Source: Pavona decussata (Eukaryota). From it: a stretch of DNA of 64,000 nucleotides. The notes under the pieces are model-generated. The model saw nothing but the letters and a program-made list of their open reading frames with translations, was not told the origin of the DNA and made no database searches. Positions within the stretch are counted from its first letter, which is position 1. Every line of letters starts with the position of its first letter. Location: NCBI GenBank assembly GCA_977016875.1, contig CDRNST010000143.1, positions 992,001 through 1,056,000 of the forward strand, written 5' to 3'. Position numbers and translations under genes: made by a program. Below, one piece after another: positions 61,401-64,000 of this stretch.

Positions 61401-63523
61401 ACAAAGAATACAAATGCAATAAGCCATGCAGTAAGACGCTCTGCGCACGCAAGCACAAGTGTCCCAGAAGGTGCTTCCAAGAGTGCGGTCCTTGTGTGGA
61501 GCCTGTGGACAAGCTCCTCCCATGCGGCCATGTCCAAAAGGTCCCTTGTCATCAAAAACGCTCTGAAGTGAAATGCACGTCACCTTGTGGAAAGATTCTA
61601 CGTTGTGGGCATCAGTGTCAGAATAAATGCTCTGAAGAGTGTACCGTGAAGTGCGCCGCCATTACAAAGAAAACCTGGCCCTGCGGACACGAGAACAAGA
61701 CACAGTGTCACGTGAATGAACTCCAGACACCATGTAAGGCGCCTTGTGGTGTGACCTTAAAGTGTGAACACCCTTGTGCTGGTAAGCGTGTGTTCTGTTT
61801 TGCAGATTAATTTTAACTGGTTCTAATTACAAAATGTTGTCTCACGAGTGGGTTTACTCCATAAATATGACAAATTCAAAGAAAATTTAATCAGTAAGGT
61901 TTTCAACACTAATAAAAGCGAAACTTACCTTTAGGCCTAGATGGTTCTATCAGGAAGCATTTAAAGACATTTTAAGAGGTTTTTAGTAAGAAGGCTTGTT
62001 ATAAAATTCAAACTGGAATGACCTGAAGTCAGATGGACGTTTGAGTTGTTACTTTTCCCCAGGGGTTTTAAGAGGACGGATTGGGACCTAAAGGGTCCTA
62101 GTTTCAAGAAAGAATCAGCGTTTCGTAGAGGCTAATATAATTATTTTGATCTTGAACAAGAAATTCAAAAATGAAACAGTTTAACTTAACAAGCAAAGTT
62201 AAAACTGACTGACGTACGAGACTCAATAGTGCAGAGGAATAGAGGATGGCTTCATACTTCATGTGTGTTAAATAAATAGAGATTCGCAGTGGTGTTAATA
62301 TCGAGATATTTTAATAAAATCTACTATTGGCCGGTTCTTGTTTTGTTTTTGTTTTTTTTATAGCGTGTAATTCCAAATCTCCTTTTCGTATGTTCTAGGT
62401 AATTGCAGTCTCTGTTTACGAGGTCGTGTCCATGTTCCATGCAAATCAAGTTGTGCCCGCCCACTCTTCTGTGGCCACGCCTGCACTGAACCCTGCACCA
62501 AGAACTGTCCGCCATGTAAAGAACGCTGTGGCAACTACTGCGGACACAGCAAGTGCCGGAAAAAATGTGGCGAGCCTTGTGAGCCCTGCAATGAGCGATG
62601 CACTTGGCAATGCGAACATCAGAGATGCACAAAATTGTGTGGGGAGCCTTGCAATCGTAAGCGTTGTGATGAACCGTGTAAAAAGCTTCTTCCTTGCCGA
62701 CATCCCTGTATTGGTCTATGCGGGGAACGATGCCCAAAGAAGTGCCGAGAGTGTCACAAGAACGAAGTCACGGAGATTTTCTTCGGAACCGAAGACGATC
62801 CGGACGCAAGGTTCGTGGAACTGGCTGACTGTGGTCACATTTTTGAAGTGGATATGATGGATCAGTGGATGGACCAGGCTCAGGCAAGGGATGATGGGAA
62901 GGCTGTTGATGTACAACTCAAGCGCTGCCCGAAGTGCTCAACTCCCATTCGCACCAGCTTGAGGTACGGCAACATTATTAAGAAGATCCTTGCCGACTTC
63001 GAGCTAATTAAACAGAAGATTTTACTCGGAAACGAGCAGCGCACTCTCGCAGTAAGCAGGCTGAGATTGGAGGTACGCAAGATTGAGAAGTTTCCTGAAG
63101 ACCAGGAGAAACTTGAAAAGTCACTGGGTCAGAGGAGCCTCACTGATGAACAGGTTAACGTGTTCGAGAACCAGATTAGCCTTTTGTCTTTCCTTCAGAC
63201 GCTCAAAGCTAAGATAGAAAAATCCACAGAGACCGAGAGTGAGAGAGCCGCAAAAAGAGTTCAGTCACGCTTTTTCCTACAAGAAACTAAGGAAGATCTA
63301 GAGAGTCTTGTGGAACAAGTCCGGGGGCGTGTCATGGAGATGCGAGTTCGATTCAGCGATCAAGAACTGGAGGAGCTCAGCGAAGAGATGTACAGAACAG
63401 AGCTTGCCGTCGACCTGAAGTTATTGAAGATGCAGCTTGAAATTCGTGGTGTTAAGATGGATGTCACCCACTCCATGAAAGTTGATCGCGTGCAAAAAGC
63501 ACTGGATTCCGGAAAAGCAATTG
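43418..63523 (+). CDS. ZNFX1: NFX1-type zinc finger-containing protein 1 (UPF1-like SF1 RNA helicase), 3' partial, with an inserted LamG-like domain
   Basis: Exons 43418-44117, 44865-45334, 46219-46374, 46797-46921, about 47290 (or 47266)-47347, 47721-47769, 52708-52865, 53523-53780, 54661-54928, 55737-56390, 57015-57340, 58643-58847, 60005-60405, 60818-61781 and 62399-63523 (about 1970 codons in the window). Motifs: YLDVQFRLLREDFVRPLRDGI, QGPPGTGKT, VCYTNHALDQFLE, VEEAAE, GDHQQLRP, VDNFQGEE, VALSRAK, then Cys/His NF-X1 repeats. The terminal RZ-finger exon is beyond the window. Confidence 0.96.
45734..46067. mobile_element. MITE with TA ends
   Basis: TAGAGC...TTCAATTGAGTGTCGAA / TTCGACACTCAATTGAAAAGCGCTCTA. 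Confidence 0.75.
47030..47160. repeat. Minisatellite, about 4 x 30 bp
   Basis: AATCAGGGCAAACGTCCAGTGTTTTCAACC repeated. Confidence 0.85.
48240..49115 (+). pseudogene. LINE ORF1 (coiled coil, RRM-like and C-terminal domains) interrupted by one in-frame TAG at 48873-48875
   Basis: NLKIVGLP...IDIAHRVP...PVICKFTRR precede the stop. The same frame continues with YEHLTPRLQNLLFEAKK...YQFCWAKGSTILLR to TAA at 49113-49115. Confidence 0.85.
49153..52401 (+). CDS. LINE ORF2: AP endonuclease plus reverse transcriptase, 1082 aa, intact
   Basis: APE motifs HQNIRSL, GLSET, GDFNINL, ISDH; RT motifs YRPISLL, QYGFR, IDLQKAFDTV, GVPQGSILGP, FADDT, KYLGVLID. Confidence 0.95.
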   Translation: MTVITNIQTSRQRRNDLKELPYYNVTSCLLTVHGQFNNSLANDLPTKQLLDKLPSLYDLDLFNLNINEDINPDENFAYKQSRSNYYSPYKFSEIKSSVSDSSLSFIHQNIRSLKRNIENFQDHLLHELNFNFSVIGLSETRITNADANFLTFNPDIPGYCFEYVPTPLSAGGVGMYIKEGISYKVIEKTSNVSFQGLWIELQFPKKTNVICAILYRQHNSPEDFQNYLDSCLEKYSSSSKPIYILGDFNINLLNFETCRYANDFLLLLQSYALTPVIDKPTRVHSSSATLIDNILASQVDDLDSVLSGNVVSDISDHFSQFCLLPAYKLQFSPTAICREYRDFSSFSDDSFLNDLEQIDWDSIGHSNRDINKSFSTFFHKTLRVLNKHAPTKITSRRKAKQQLKPWITKGIRRSISLKNQFYHSGENQKYKLYRNKISTLTRVSKKLYFHNFFSRNLHNTKKTWKGINDLIGRRKKPKQTITSIRAPNNKRVISDAQDISNVLNKHFATVGHKLASGTPHSKLNFRTYLQGLSPANSNSFFFDPIIPAEVSNEIVSLSYNKAHGLYSFPVRILKCASHILSSPLARIMNLSAETGTFPNKLKYAKVIPVYKTGDKLECGNYRPISLLSNINKVFEKLMFNRIKKFIANHNILSTSQYGFREYHSTEHALLDIINKIQTNMDNKLFSCGIFIDLQKAFDTVDHGILLHKLNHYGVRGIVNDWFQSYLSCRSQSTQIGSVVSEKENVLCGVPQGSILGPLLFLLYVNDIQASSSKLDFFLFADDTNLLFADKCLKTLELIINKELENVCDWLLANKLTLNTKKSNYVLFHPRQRATANRLHIKVFDCEHNVFEHLEQKDCVKYLGVLIDSNLSWQYHINYISLKISKTIGIISRLRYVLPTSILLHIYRSLIHPYVSYGLSVWGQTSKSNLEKILILQKRALRLIYFRNNREHAIPLFVCSNILPVDMLYFKSIASLMHDINNQSAPLNLINLFDRVDSVHSYRTRSASTGKFHIKCSKLTQLSHSFSRLGCKIWNELPESFLAKTKASFKKCLQTRLLKLLDQEDIYVDVNTLIKNFKYQWYD
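55737..56390 (+). CDS. ZNFX1 internal exon encoding a LamG/concanavalin-A-like (Laminin_G_3/pentraxin-type) domain
   Basis: 654 nt; acceptor CCCCTTTAG, donor G|GTAATT; phase 1-1, matching both neighbouring exons. Translation PVAVFPLN...SFVEIPN...LDTTTSITLLLHVFP...WNFIGASYDHDSGIARLWHDG...IRIG...FRGRVADLHIF. Confidence 0.85.
57350..58030. repeat. Cluster of nested interspersed repeats (ACGGCAAACG family)
   Basis: Repeated CGGCAAACG and CACGTGACC motifs in both orientations. Confidence 0.55.
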
Positions 63524-63784
63524 GTGAGAGAAAAACCCCATAGAGTAATGATACATAAGATGCAACACTGTTTCGCTTTAGGACGAAAAGGATAAACTTA
63601 GGAGTGATGCTAGGCACGAGAACGAAGTGCAGAAATTTGAACCGGCATTAATTCCCAACAAATTGGTTTAGTTTCAATGCGTTTAGGATTTGAGAATAAA
63701 GCTTTCAGACTGAATTTCATCCACCCAACATCCAACAAAAGTAGGTTAAAGGTTATTATTTAATATGCTGAATTCTACACACAT

Positions 63785-64000
63785 TTTGATTGGTTCTTAC
63801 TTATGATCTGTTGGAGGACAGACGCACCAGATGACGTCACCATTACCAACTTTTGCTTCTTCGTTATATAAAACAAATGGATTCCATGTTGCCGTGCGTT
63901 TGTTCATTAATGGATCACAGATGACGTCAAAATGTGGTAAGAACAAAAAAGTGCGCCTCGTGTGTCACTGATGTTCTTACCACATTTTGTCGTCTTTTGT
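63785..64000. repeat. Interspersed repeat (related copy at about 38935-39110)
   Basis: Shared GATTGGTTCT.ACTTATGATCT..TGGAGGACAGACG...GATGACGTCA. Confidence 0.7.

Noticed and set aside
1-64000. Prokaryotic operon, defence island or contaminant
   Set aside because: All genes have spliceosomal introns, and the RT belongs to a LINE rather than a retron, DGR or group II intron.

Overview
Intron-rich animal genomic DNA, most likely from an anthozoan or stony coral (inferred from the repeat families and gene structure), with two assembly gaps. Five spliced genes were reconstructed by hand with phase-consistent GT-AG junctions. (1) PSMD4/Rpn10, minus strand, 3' end outside the window. (2) Head-to-head with it, a 601-aa BTB-BACK-MATH protein with the architecture of plant POB1/LRB CUL3 adaptors. 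(3) TEX36 (HDNR domain, minus strand, largely missed by the ORF track). (4) PLPBP/PROSC, head-to-head with TEX36. (5) ZNFX1 (SF1 RNA helicase with NF-X1 zinc fingers; last exon outside the window). The strongest observation is an intact, symmetric phase 1-1 exon encoding a complete LamG/concanavalin-A-like domain, spliced in frame into the ZNFX1 helicase core. A compact GAS + ISRE + kB-like motif cluster sits at the probable ZNFX1 promoter, and a full-length LINE with a target-site duplication lies in a ZNFX1 intron. The rest is MITEs, tRNA-derived SINEs, LINE and hAT remnants, and microsatellites. All homology calls are from recognition of the translations; no database search was run.
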